From IMG/VR virus record IMGVR_UViG_3300037137_003071: a stretch of DNA of 64,000 nucleotides; one strand, written 5' to 3'. Under the pieces are notes generated by a model, which did not search any database, was not told the origin of the DNA, and saw only the letters and a program-made list of their open reading frames with translations. This DNA comes from an uncultured virus (IMG/VR IMGVR_UViG_3300037137_003071) (Duplodnaviria > Heunggongvirae > Uroviricota > Caudoviricetes). This document shows positions 1 through 9,934 of the stretch, one piece after another; within the stretch, counting starts at the first letter, position 1; the number at the start of each line of letters is the position of its first letter. Made by a program: the position numbers and the translations under genes.

Positions 1-71
1 CGTCCTACGCAGGGGGAAATGAGGCACTGAAGAAGCAGTTCCTTGCGGCCAAGGCAGCCCTCGACACCTTC

Positions 72-674
72 ATGCCCAAGGCACAGCGATACGCGGCGAA
101 CACACGCGCGCAGGAACTTACCGCACGTCGTGGCGAGGTGGTCTTGGCGAGCTTCGACCCCAAGAAGGTCGAGTGGTGGAAGACGTACGCCCTGCCGCTC
201 ATCAAGCAGTGGGTGACGTTCAAGCAGGCTCAGCTCGGTGGAATCTATACCCACGGCGACGCCTATATCGCGTTTGCCGAGCGCTTCCAGACGAACTGGG
301 ACGTCTACGAAGACTGGAAGAGTAAGCTCGACGCACTTCGGGCCGAAGCGGTGCGACGTGGTTTCACGATCGACGTGTCCCCCACGACACCACTTCCGAC
401 GACGATCTGGGCCGACGCCGCGCACACCGTCGAGAAGGGCGCGGGCGCCATCGCGGGCGGCATCGGTGACATATGGACCGTCGCCAAGTACGGCATATGG
501 GCAGTGCTTGGCATCGGCGCGGTTGTCGCCCTGTCGAGCGTCGCGTCGAACCTACGAAGCGGCAAGGATCCGGCCGAGAAGTACATGGCGCTGGTCAAGA
601 GTCGCAGTCGTACGGCAGCGCGAGCAGCACTGCCCGCGCCCGCCCAGCTTGCTCTGATGGAGGGCGGCGCATGA
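72..674 (+). CDS. Hypothetical membrane-anchored protein, Trp-rich paralog family
   Basis: TNWDVYEDW...LPTTIW motif and C-terminal hydrophobic helix shared with 961..2082 and 8254..8994. Confidence 0.75.
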   Translation: MPKAQRYAANTRAQELTARRGEVVLASFDPKKVEWWKTYALPLIKQWVTFKQAQLGGIYTHGDAYIAFAERFQTNWDVYEDWKSKLDALRAEAVRRGFTIDVSPTTPLPTTIWADAAHTVEKGAGAIAGGIGDIWTVAKYGIWAVLGIGAVVALSSVASNLRSGKDPAEKYMALVKSRSRTAARAALPAPAQLALMEGGA

Positions 675-964
675 AATGGTCGGCCTTGACGACTCCGCCT
701 CCGGTGCGACCTCCGCCACCGAAGTATCCGCTCTTCACGACGAAGTTCTTCTCGACCAAATCGTTTGGTCCGGGACACCTCGTCGGCGCGGGGATCCTCG
801 TCGTCGGCGTGGTGGGGATCTCGAAGCTCTTCATCGCGCGCGGCCAAGAAGAGGCTGAACGCACGCGGCAGTTGGCGCAGTCGCCGCGTCCGCCGCGTCG
901 GCCTGAAGACGAGCCGAAAGTCGCGCAGGCTAACGTGCGCGGCCAGTACGGGAGGAAGCTGTGA
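671..964 (+). CDS. Small membrane protein
   Basis: ATG overlaps previous stop (ATGA); hydrophobic LVGAGILVVGVVGI segment. Confidence 0.6.
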   Translation: MKWSALTTPPPVRPPPPKYPLFTTKFFSTKSFGPGHLVGAGILVVGVVGISKLFIARGQEEAERTRQLAQSPRPPRRPEDEPKVAQANVRGQYGRKL

Positions 965-2082
965 ACGCTCGAGGCATGTACGGAAATCAAGCAGGGCGCG
1001 CTCGCGGCGGTTCGCCGCGTGAGTGGGTCGGTGTCTCGCTGTTCCACACGGTTGCCGATCGTGATCGGCTGGTCGAGCAGATCGACGACGCCTTCGGTCG
1101 CCTCGCCTCCGAGCTGTTCTCGAAGATGGGCGGAGATTCCGATCTCCTCAAGATCAGCGAGATGTACAAGGATCCTGGCGGCTGGGCGAGGCGCTACCAG
1201 GTCGCACAGCAGACGATCCAGCGGAGTCCGATCTATCCGGTGTGGCATTACGCCGTCATGCCGCTGTGGAACGAGTGGAAGCGCTTCTACACCGAGCAGA
1301 GCTCGTGGGAGGAGTGGAAGACGAACTGGGGGGTGTACGAGGGCTGGCGTGATCGCGTCGCGAAGCTCCTCGCGGACGTCTCCGCGGAAGTGTCCAGGCT
1401 GACAGGTCAGCGGATCTGGACGTCGGCACCGTCGGTCGGCATCTCGCTGTTCCACACGGTCGGCGACCGCGACAGGCTCGTCGAGCAGACCATGACGGAG
1501 TTCACCCAGCTCCTCCTCGCGCTGAAGCGGAAGATGGGCGTGCCGGAACTCGATACGTCGATTGCTCTGAACGTGCGAGACCCGCAGCAGTGGCAGAAGA
1601 ACTACGAGATCGAGCAGGCCACGATGAAGAAGAGCCCGCTCTACCCGCTGTGGCACGACGCCGTCTCGCCGCTCTACAGCGAGTTCAAACGTTTCTACGA
1701 CGATCAGAGTTCGTGGGAGGAGTTCAAGACGAGCTGGGAGACGTACGAGCACTGGCACGACCGCGTCGCAGCCCTCCGCGATCACGTCGCCAACGAGGTC
1801 GCCCGGATCATGCCCGGTGACCCGATCCGAACGCCAACCCCTTCGGACGTTCCCACGACGATCTGGGCCGACATCGAGCACAAGGGAGAGACCGTCGTCA
1901 AGAAGGGGGCGGGCGCAGCGGGCGAGGCCGCGAGGGGAATCGGTGACGTCCTCAAGTATTCGATCTACGCCGTGCTCGCGATCGGGGGCATTGTCGCGAT
2001 ATCGAGCGTCGCGGCGAACCTGAAGAAGGGCGAAGATCCGATGGGGAAATGGATGCAGTACGCGAAGCGCGGCGCGCGATGA
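961..2082 (+). CDS. Trp-rich paralog family protein with two tandem domains and C-terminal TM helix
   Basis: Internal duplication VGxSLFHTVxDRDRLVEQ...QSSWEExKTxWxxYExW. Confidence 0.8.
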   Translation: MNARGMYGNQAGRARGGSPREWVGVSLFHTVADRDRLVEQIDDAFGRLASELFSKMGGDSDLLKISEMYKDPGGWARRYQVAQQTIQRSPIYPVWHYAVMPLWNEWKRFYTEQSSWEEWKTNWGVYEGWRDRVAKLLADVSAEVSRLTGQRIWTSAPSVGISLFHTVGDRDRLVEQTMTEFTQLLLALKRKMGVPELDTSIALNVRDPQQWQKNYEIEQATMKKSPLYPLWHDAVSPLYSEFKRFYDDQSSWEEFKTSWETYEHWHDRVAALRDHVANEVARIMPGDPIRTPTPSDVPTTIWADIEHKGETVVKKGAGAAGEAARGIGDVLKYSIYAVLAIGGIVAISSVAANLKKGEDPMGKWMQYAKRGAR

Positions 2083-2151
2083 CCCTTTCGCCGATAAGAG
2101 GATCGACCCGCACGACGCGCGTATGATGAGAGCGAGAGCGAAACAAACCCC

Positions 2152-3258
2152 ATGAACAGCCCCGATCCCTGGAACCCGATCGTCGTCGCTCCTGACGGAG
2201 AGGTCGTCTTCCCGCGGCCCTACTACGGACACCCCTTCTACCGGGAGGTGCCGAGCTGGGTCACGCCGCGCGACGGCGCGACGCGGCTGCTGTTCGACGG
2301 CGCATTCATCGGCGCCGAAGCTCTGCCGTCGCTTCCGGCGGGCGAGCAGCGCACGGGGCTCACGGCCGAAGTCGCTCCGGTCCTCGCTCCGGCGACGGGC
2401 GGCTTCACGTCGCGCGTCGAGCTCGATGATCGTCAGCGCCTCCACGCGGAGATCTGCGTCGACGGTAAGTGCTACAAGGGGTCGATCGATCTCGCGCCCG
2501 CGATCTCCGCTTTGATGGCGAAGTTCGCGCAGTACCACCGCGACCTGCACAAGGCGATGCCGTCGCCCTCCCCAGTGATCTCTGGCGACGTCATGATCAG
2601 CCGCATCAACCAGGCCGTGAGCGCGGCCGGCGACGCGCTGGTCGGAGCGTTGCTCGATCATCACACGCACGTCGCATGCGCCGGCTGGCTCGACGACATC
2701 GGCCACGCGATCGGCGGGACGCTCCGCACGCTCAAGCCGGTGATCTCGATAGCCGCGACCGGCGTTGCGACAGCCTTCGGCGGCCCGGCCGCTGGTGCCG
2801 TCGCGGGACAGCTTGTGGGACCCCTCACCGACGTCGGGGCCGACGCACTCAATCCTCAGAAGAAGACTCCCGCGCAGGCCCAACAGGTGCAGAACAGTAA
2901 GAAGATCATCGCCCAGGCCAAGGAACAGGCGAAGACCGATCCCGTGATGGCCAAGGCACTCGCCGCCGCGCATCGGGCCGTCGCGCACACGACGGTCGCG
3001 TATCATGTCAAGGAGACCGTCCAGAAGGCGGCCCAGGGCGATCCCGTCGCGCAGCAGAGGAGCCAGCAGCTCGCGAAGGCCGCGGACCAGGGCGATCCTG
3101 CCGCTCAGTCGGCGATGGACATCGCCAAGCAGGTGCTCTCCAAGTACGAGCAGAACGCTGCCGCAGATCTCGCCAGTCGCGTGCAGCACTCGCAGTGGGG
3201 GGCGCACCTCTGGGAACAACTGACTGGGCGCGGGCCAGCCACCGTGTCGGGCTGGTAA
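2152..3258 (+). CDS. Hypothetical Ala-rich protein, possibly structural; paralog of 3296..5926
   Basis: Shared GLTAEVAP...ICVDGKCY...VACAGWLDDIG modules. Confidence 0.75.
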   Translation: MNSPDPWNPIVVAPDGEVVFPRPYYGHPFYREVPSWVTPRDGATRLLFDGAFIGAEALPSLPAGEQRTGLTAEVAPVLAPATGGFTSRVELDDRQRLHAEICVDGKCYKGSIDLAPAISALMAKFAQYHRDLHKAMPSPSPVISGDVMISRINQAVSAAGDALVGALLDHHTHVACAGWLDDIGHAIGGTLRTLKPVISIAATGVATAFGGPAAGAVAGQLVGPLTDVGADALNPQKKTPAQAQQVQNSKKIIAQAKEQAKTDPVMAKALAAAHRAVAHTTVAYHVKETVQKAAQGDPVAQQRSQQLAKAADQGDPAAQSAMDIAKQVLSKYEQNAAADLASRVQHSQWGAHLWEQLTGRGPATVSGW

Positions 3259-3295
3259 CATCATCGACCGTCAGCGATCTCGGAAGGAAGCCACA

Positions 3296-5926
3296 ATGAC
3301 TGCAACGATCGTTCATCAAAAGCCAGAGCGGCGCCCGGGTCTCACTGCCGAGGTCGCTCCGGCGATCGCTCCGGGGACGGGGGGCTTCACGTCGCAAGTC
3401 GATCTCGACGCGCACCAGTGCCTCCACGCGAAGATCTGCGTCGACGGCAAGTGCTACGAACGATCGGTCGACCTCGCGCCCGCGATCGCGGCGGTGATGG
3501 CGAAGTTCGCGCAGTACCACGCCGACCTCCACGCCGCGGAGGCGGCGGCTCACGCGCTGCCGCAACTGCCGCCAGGCTTCGATCGACCACCTTCCGTCGG
3601 TGCGGGCTGCGGTGCCAAGACGTACTCCGGCGTCACGCAAGCCACACTGAAGACGATCCTCGACACGCTTCACAAGGACGGCGCCACGATCACGGGGCAG
3701 AACCCGTGGGACGTCGTGACGCACGAGCACGGCGTTGAGTTTCGCGGCACGTGGGACGCGACCGCGCAGACGCTGATCGTCGAGGTCACCGACTCGGATT
3801 TCATCGTGCCGTGCTCGTCGATCTGGGACGCGCTCGATCCGATGTTGCAGAACCTCGGCGCCCGGCCGCGCGTGTCGGGCGAGCTGGTCTCCGGCGAGGT
3901 CGTGATCGGCGCGGTCGAGCGCGTCGTGAGCTTCGCTGGCAACGAGCTGATCGGCGCGATGCTCGATCAGCACGTCAGCGTCGCGTGCGCTGGCTGGCTC
4001 GACGACATCGGCAGTGCGATCAAGAGCGCGGGCGTCGGTCTCTACCGCGGCGTGACCGAGACCGTCCAGAAGCTCAAAGGCCCGATCACGCAGGCCGCGG
4101 TGGCCGCGGCGTCGAAGTACGGCGGCCCCGCCGCCGGCGAGGCGGCGGCGCAGCTCGTTGGCCCGGTCATCGACACGGCGGCGAACCTCGGTAAGGACAC
4201 GCCCCAGAAGGCGGCTGCCGAGCAGCAGGCTCAGACCGATCCGCAGGTCGCGACAGCCCTCGCCGTGGCCAAGGAGGCGGCGGCGAAGACCATTGCCGCC
4301 TATCACGTCACGGAGACGGCGAAGCAGGCAGCGGCCGGTGAGCCGGCCGCACAGCAGAAGATCGCCCAGGTCACGCAGGACGCGGAGCAGGGCGATCCGG
4401 TGGCGAAGGCCGTGACGCCCCTCGTCGCGCACGGATTCTCGCACGCGATCGCGACACGCAGGCCCGGGTCTCCCGAGTCGTATCAACATCACGCAAGTCG
4501 CGCCGTCGCGCGCGCGGATCAGCGGTACCGACAGCAGAACGGCGGAGCGTTTCCGCCTGTGCTTGGCTACGTTCGCACCGCCGACAGGCATCAGAAGACA
4601 TACTTCTTCAAGGCTCTCGAAGATGCCCAGAGCTGGTACGCCGCGCTTGTTCCCGGCCAGTACAGCTATGCCGCGCTGTTCGCCGCGGGCAACCTCGGGA
4701 CGCCGTTCGCCGAGAGCTTCGGCGGCACGACGGCGGTCAGCGGAGCGTGGGTGTCTGGCTTCTTCGACGACGTCAAGAACGCGGTCCTCACAGTCACCGG
4801 GACGAAGGCGACCAACCAGTTCATCAAGGACAACCACCTCGAGCCCTACGTCAAGTTCGCCGCGCAGGCGGTGGCGACCTACTACGGCGGACCCGCGGCC
4901 GGCGCGGCGGCCGGCGCGATCTCGCCGATGGTCATGAACCTAGGTGTCGAGGACAAGCAGAAGGCCGCAGCAGCGGCGCAGGACGTCCACGGCGTGAAGA
5001 CGATGGCGAGCCAGCAACACCCACAACTGGCGCAGGCCGCGGACATCGCGCACGGCGCGATCGACAAGACGGCGACGACCTACCACGTCGCGCAGATCGT
5101 GAGGGACGCCAAGGCCGGTGTTCCTGAAGCGCAGAGGGCTCTCGCGAACCTCAACGCGGCTGCCGCGCGCGGCGACGCCAAGGCTGCACAGGCGCTCCAG
5201 CTCGCAGCTATGATCGATCGCGAGCAGCGCAAGACCCCGGGTCCATACGTCGGCGCGTGGTACGACATCGCGGGCGTCGTTCTCGGCTGCGATCCGGTGA
5301 CGGTCGGCGGCTGGCACGACATCGTCGGAGCAGATGATCCGCAAAATCCAATCATGGATCCGGCGCTCAGGCGGGACGTGTACGCCTTCTTCCAGCAGCC
5401 GTTCATCGATAAGCTCATCCGCCAGTCCTTCTGGTGGACGTACGAGGCAGAGCCGTTCCTGTCTGCCTTCCGCGAATGGCAGTTCGGAAAAAGTCAGTTC
5501 GGACAAGATCGCAACGCGTACTTCCGCGCCAAACTGTCGTGGCTGCAAAGCGAAATGTCAAAGCACGGCTTTCCTTCGACGCAAGCGTCCGTCTGGCACG
5601 ACGTCGTCGGGGCGTCGCCGCTCGATGCTCTTCGTGCCCGCGCGAAGGAACTCGCGACCGCGAAGGCGGGGAACGCGGCGGGCGTCATCCACTCGCGACT
5701 CGACGGGCACTGGCACGCGTTCGGGTTCACGAGCCTGGACGACGCGATCGACTGGCTCCAGCGCGCGACGCACGAACGGGCGGGCTTCACGTACGCCGCA
5801 GCGTTCGAGAAAGGGTCCGACGGAACGGCGTACTTCCAGCAAGAGGAGTTCTCCGACCCGATCCGCACACCAACCAGCGATCAGCCGATCCGCCGCGGCG
5901 TCGCGACGACATCGGGCGGATGGTGA
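3296..5926 (+). CDS. Large modular Ala-rich protein, possibly a virion polyprotein
   Basis: 876 aa, GGAAGGA RBS, repeated GGPAAG modules, domains shared with 2152, 7361 and 42884. Confidence 0.8.
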   Translation: MTATIVHQKPERRPGLTAEVAPAIAPGTGGFTSQVDLDAHQCLHAKICVDGKCYERSVDLAPAIAAVMAKFAQYHADLHAAEAAAHALPQLPPGFDRPPSVGAGCGAKTYSGVTQATLKTILDTLHKDGATITGQNPWDVVTHEHGVEFRGTWDATAQTLIVEVTDSDFIVPCSSIWDALDPMLQNLGARPRVSGELVSGEVVIGAVERVVSFAGNELIGAMLDQHVSVACAGWLDDIGSAIKSAGVGLYRGVTETVQKLKGPITQAAVAAASKYGGPAAGEAAAQLVGPVIDTAANLGKDTPQKAAAEQQAQTDPQVATALAVAKEAAAKTIAAYHVTETAKQAAAGEPAAQQKIAQVTQDAEQGDPVAKAVTPLVAHGFSHAIATRRPGSPESYQHHASRAVARADQRYRQQNGGAFPPVLGYVRTADRHQKTYFFKALEDAQSWYAALVPGQYSYAALFAAGNLGTPFAESFGGTTAVSGAWVSGFFDDVKNAVLTVTGTKATNQFIKDNHLEPYVKFAAQAVATYYGGPAAGAAAGAISPMVMNLGVEDKQKAAAAAQDVHGVKTMASQQHPQLAQAADIAHGAIDKTATTYHVAQIVRDAKAGVPEAQRALANLNAAAARGDAKAAQALQLAAMIDREQRKTPGPYVGAWYDIAGVVLGCDPVTVGGWHDIVGADDPQNPIMDPALRRDVYAFFQQPFIDKLIRQSFWWTYEAEPFLSAFREWQFGKSQFGQDRNAYFRAKLSWLQSEMSKHGFPSTQASVWHDVVGASPLDALRARAKELATAKAGNAAGVIHSRLDGHWHAFGFTSLDDAIDWLQRATHERAGFTYAAAFEKGSDGTAYFQQEEFSDPIRTPTSDQPIRRGVATTSGGW

Positions 5927-5932
5927 GGAACC

Positions 5933-6334
5933 ATGGCTAAACTCAACATTGGAGAACTCGTCTCCAAGATCGCGATGTTCGGCTTCGCCGGCTGGGTCGT
6001 CGAGAGCGCGCTGTGTGGTGACAGGTACTCGACGCTGTTCCGCGGGGCCAAGGTTCCGTTCTTGCCCATTTACGCGGTAAACGGTGTCGTTCTGACAGCC
6101 GCGGCTCCCTACGTTTCGAGCTGGCCGACCTTCGGCAAGGGCCTCGCGTACGCGACGCTCGGAAGCGCGGTCGAGTACGTCGGATGTCAGATCGACCGCA
6201 GGCTCCTTGAGCAGCGCGCGACCTTCAGCCCTGGCGGCCCCGACGCCCTCGCTCGCGCGTCTGAGGGCTGCGTCAACTTCTCACGTGCCGCCATGTGGGG
6301 TGGTTTGGGGCTCGTCGCCGAGAAGTTCAAGTAG
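5933..6334 (+). CDS. DUF1113 / CmpB-like putative membrane protein
   Basis: GWxxE...PFLPIY...EYVG...GC...WG pattern. Confidence 0.6.
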   Translation: MAKLNIGELVSKIAMFGFAGWVVESALCGDRYSTLFRGAKVPFLPIYAVNGVVLTAAAPYVSSWPTFGKGLAYATLGSAVEYVGCQIDRRLLEQRATFSPGGPDALARASEGCVNFSRAAMWGGLGLVAEKFK

Positions 6335-6339
6335 CGTCG

Positions 6340-6747
6340 ATGTCCGCAGCACGGACTACCACGACAGAGGCCGTCGTCGCCAAGACGGCACTGTTCGGCG
6401 TGGCCGGTTGGGTCGGCGAGAACGCGCTCTTCGGACCGCGCTACTCCGCCGTGTTCCAGGGGCGCCCCATCCCCTTCTTGCCGGTCTATGCGGCCGGCGG
6501 TCTGGGAATGCTCATCGCTGCACCCAAGGTCGCCGGTCAATTCGTGCTCACACGCGCGCTGACGTACGCGGCGATCGGAATGGCGATCGAGTACGTGGGC
6601 TGCCAGCTCGATCGTAACGTGTTTGAAGCTCGATCGTGGGACTACGGTCAGCTCGATGGACTCGCAACCAGCACGGATGGGTGCCTGAGCTGGAAGCACA
6701 CAGCTCTGTGGGGAGGGCTCGGACTCCTCGTGGAGAAGTTCTTGTGA
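6340..6747 (+). CDS. DUF1113 / CmpB-like putative membrane protein (tandem paralog)
   Basis: GWVGE...PFLPVY...EYVG...WDY...WGGLG; clear paralog of upstream gene. Confidence 0.6.
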   Translation: MSAARTTTTEAVVAKTALFGVAGWVGENALFGPRYSAVFQGRPIPFLPVYAAGGLGMLIAAPKVAGQFVLTRALTYAAIGMAIEYVGCQLDRNVFEARSWDYGQLDGLATSTDGCLSWKHTALWGGLGLLVEKFL

Positions 6748-7360
6748 AGGAAGCCGTTATGCACGTGAGGTACCTGCCGCACGGCGATCGCCTGGAGTTT
6801 CGCCCCGGCAAGCACGGCGGCTGGGCTTCGCGTTACGTGAGCGGGCGCGCGTCGCGCGGGGATCCCAACGCGACGCTCCACAACTTCGTCTACTTCGGGC
6901 CCGCGTTGCCGAAGGATGCGATCAAGGTCCGCGCGCATGACTGACGTGTTCCAGGACTTCCTCGTCGTCATCGAGAGTGCGGACGGCACGCGACGTGGCT
7001 CGCTCACGCCTGAGGAGTTTCGCAGCGTGTCGGGATGCTCGAAGACGGCATTTTTGGCTGACTGCCTCGAGCGCTACAACGCGCGACAGGCACGTGAGGG
7101 CGCTGAAGATCGCGCGCGCCTGGAGATGAGAACGACGCCTGGGCGAAGGAGGCGTCGGTGACCGACGGCGAGCGTCTCGTGTGGGCGACGAGCTACGCGC
7201 TCGCACACTCACGCCTCGGCGACGCGATCGCCGCGGTTCGCGAGGCCACGCTCGCGATCACGGAGCTGCGCGAGGTGGCCATTCGTCGCACGTCCAACGG
7301 CGCCCGCGTGATCTCCCAGATCGATGAGCGCGACTTCGTCGACGAAATGGTGAGTGCTCC

Positions 7361-8209
7361 ATGATTCCGCTCCTTCTCCTCGCGCTCGGTCTCGGTGCAG
7401 CGCTCACGGCGTACGAGTTCTCGCCGCATGCACGCGCTCGCATCGACGACTACGCGCGTGTGATCCGAGAAGCGCACGAAGCCCACCGCGCGGCGGACGT
7501 CCACCTGAGCAATGCGAATACGGCCGCGACGGTCGCCGCACAGCACGAGCAGGCGGCCCAGCAACAGCAGCAGCAACCACAGCCGGTGCCGCCGCAGGCG
7601 ATACCGATTCCACCGCAAGTGCAGCCGCCGCAGGTGCAGCCGCCGCAGGTGCAGCCGCCGCAGGTGCAGCCGCCGCAGGTGCAGCCGCCGCAGCCACAGG
7701 TGCCGCCGCCATCACCCCAGGACGTAGCAAACGCTCACGCGAACGCGGGACAAGTCGCCACCGACGCGGGTGTGGATCACGCGGTGGCTGCGACGGAGGC
7801 GAACCAAGAGGCCGCACGCAAGACAGCCGAGGCGGCCCAGAAGGCGAAGACGGAAGCCGAGCGGATCGCCGCCGCGCAGAGTGCCGCGAAGGTGCTCGAG
7901 CGGGAGAAGAAGATCGCCGCCGCGTTGGCCAGGCTCGGCGTGGGGGAGTGCGGTGTGCGCTCGTACGGACGTGTGACAGCACAGAAGAAAGATGCACTCC
8001 TCGCCAAGCTCCACGGCGAGGGGATGGTCGTCACCGGCGATAATCCCTGGGACATCGACACGCACCAGGCCGACGTCAAACTGCGGGCCGTCTGGGATCC
8101 CAAGGCGCAGGTGCTAAAACTGATCGTGGTGTCCAGCGCGGCCTGGGCCCCATGTTCAGCGATCTGGGAACGGATCGAGCCCAAGTTGCGAGAGGTCCTC
8201 GGGTCATGA
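7361..8209 (+). CDS. N-terminally anchored protein with QVQPP repeats
   Basis: Hydrophobic N-terminus; C-terminal domain homologous to an internal domain of 3296..5926. Confidence 0.75.
   Translation: MIPLLLLALGLGAALTAYEFSPHARARIDDYARVIREAHEAHRAADVHLSNANTAATVAAQHEQAAQQQQQQPQPVPPQAIPIPPQVQPPQVQPPQVQPPQVQPPQVQPPQPQVPPPSPQDVANAHANAGQVATDAGVDHAVAATEANQEAARKTAEAAQKAKTEAERIAAAQSAAKVLEREKKIAAALARLGVGECGVRSYGRVTAQKKDALLAKLHGEGMVVTGDNPWDIDTHQADVKLRAVWDPKAQVLKLIVVSSAAWAPCSAIWERIEPKLREVLGS
7616..7695 (+). repeat. 15-bp coding tandem repeat (CAGGTGCAGCCGCCG, QVQPP)
   Basis: About 5 near-perfect copies. Confidence 0.85.
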
Positions 8210-8253
8210 GGCGAGAGCAGATCGCGGAGCTGATCGATGGCTGAGGACTACCG

Positions 8254-8994
8254 GTGACACGCGAACGCGGCAACTACGGTCCGCTCGATCGCGAGCGACA
8301 CTTTGTGGCCGGCTGGGCCGCCGACCACGCGGTCGACTACGCTCGCGATCGAACGGTCGGTGCGGCGCTCCGACCCGTCCTCCCGGTCGTCGACGCTGCG
8401 TCGCGAACGTCGCGCGCGGCGTCTCGCTGGTGGACCGGCGCGCGCGGTCTCGGGGGTCGCGATGCGGCGCAGATGCCGCTCACGCAGGTAGGACAGGAAA
8501 TCATTCACACGGTGGCTGATCGCATGCGGGCCGTCACGTCGCTGTCGACGTATTTCAGGGTGCTCGTAGATGATCTTGCGACGTGGCAGATGGCGAACAC
8601 GGCTGCTCCGAACGCGAGCACGAGCGCGCAGTGGTTCGCCGCCGACGTGACACCGACGCTCGAGGAGTGGCGCGGGTTCGTGGCGCAACAGGAGGCGTCG
8701 TGGTGGACGAAAGCCGCGACGAGCTGGGAGACGTACGAGGAGTGGTGGAACCGCCTCCGTGGGCTTCGCGCTCTCGCCCGCGCGCACGGCATCTTGCTCC
8801 AGAGTGCGGAGCCGGTGCCGTTGCCGAAGACGATCTGGCAGCGCGGCGCCGAGGGCAAGGGCAGCGAGGCGACCGCGATCCTCGGCGTCCTCAAGGTCGG
8901 GGTGTTCACGGTTTTGACGATCACGGGGGCGCTGTCCATGTTCATGGTCCTCCGGGATCTGCGCCCGAAGCAGACACCTAACGAAGCAGTCTGA
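8254..8994 (+). CDS. Trp-rich paralog family protein with C-terminal TM helix
   Basis: TSWETYEEW...LPKTIW motif. Confidence 0.7.
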   Translation: MTRERGNYGPLDRERHFVAGWAADHAVDYARDRTVGAALRPVLPVVDAASRTSRAASRWWTGARGLGGRDAAQMPLTQVGQEIIHTVADRMRAVTSLSTYFRVLVDDLATWQMANTAAPNASTSAQWFAADVTPTLEEWRGFVAQQEASWWTKAATSWETYEEWWNRLRGLRALARAHGILLQSAEPVPLPKTIWQRGAEGKGSEATAILGVLKVGVFTVLTITGALSMFMVLRDLRPKQTPNEAV

Positions 8995-9022
8995 CTTCAT
9001 GCCTTCATGTTAGACATGGGGC

Positions 9023-9934
9023 ATGAGCGACAACGCGGAGCTCCACGGCAAGGTCCTCGGCTTTCTCATGGCCGAGTGGGCTCGCAAGGACAACCGCCAG
9101 CTCATCGGTGTCGACCTGCTCTACGCACCCGGCAACGGCTTCAAGGACGAGGAGATCCGCAAGTGGATCCGAGCGGACGAGCCGGAGCTGTTCGCCGAGT
9201 TCGTCAACGTCGAGAAGTTGGTCTCGCAGATCGTCGAGATCGCCGAGGGCGAGGCCGACGCCAAGCCTGCCGGCAAGCACCGCTTCCTCATCCGCACGCA
9301 CCAGCACATGGGCGGACGAGCGGTGCACTCGTTCGCTCTCTCCCCGAGCTACCGCGGGGGCGACGAGATCATGGTCTCCGGTGGTGGGGGCGGTGGTGGG
9401 GGCAGAGATCAGCAGGTGATCGCCAACCATGCCGGCCAGCTGATGCGCATCAACGCGCAGATGTTCGAGGGCACGATCCGCGTGCTCGGCCAGCAGAACA
9501 TGAACCTGCACGAGCAGGTCTCGACGCTCACGGCCGAGAACGCGATGCTGCGCCGCGAGCTGGAGGACGCGCGGTCGAACAAGATGGATCGCGAGTTCCA
9601 GATCGCGATGGCCGCCGAGAAGAACGCGCGCACCAACGCGGGCTTCCAGAAGCTGCTCCAGATCGGCAGCGTCTTCGCTGCCAGGATCGGATCGGGTGCC
9701 GAGGCCCTGACCGCAGGCTCTCCGACACCCCTCGCGGGGCTCATCGGAGATTTCTATCAGTCGCTGCGCCAAGACCAGCTCGGCGTCCTCATGCAGACGC
9801 TCGACATGGGTCAGAAGATCATGTTCATGGAGATCGTGAACCTGGTGAAGCCTCCCGAGCAGGGCGGCGGTCAGCAGGGCGACGGTCAACAGAATGCTCG
9901 GCCGCCGGGCGCCAACACCGCACCGCCCCCGTGA
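9023..9934 (+). CDS. Hypothetical protein with coiled coil
   Basis: Coding-like composition; stop overlaps galE start. Confidence 0.7.
   Translation: MSDNAELHGKVLGFLMAEWARKDNRQLIGVDLLYAPGNGFKDEEIRKWIRADEPELFAEFVNVEKLVSQIVEIAEGEADAKPAGKHRFLIRTHQHMGGRAVHSFALSPSYRGGDEIMVSGGGGGGGGRDQQVIANHAGQLMRINAQMFEGTIRVLGQQNMNLHEQVSTLTAENAMLRRELEDARSNKMDREFQIAMAAEKNARTNAGFQKLLQIGSVFAARIGSGAEALTAGSPTPLAGLIGDFYQSLRQDQLGVLMQTLDMGQKIMFMEIVNLVKPPEQGGGQQGDGQQNARPPGANTAPPP

Noticed and set aside
595..4837. Very long minus-strand ORFs (889 aa, 609 aa; also 24563..27211)
   Set aside because: Antisense shadows of high-GC plus-strand genes, no motifs
9007..9930. 632-aa N-terminally extended GalE
   Set aside because: The extension overlaps the better ORF 9023..9934; GalE motifs begin at GTG 9931
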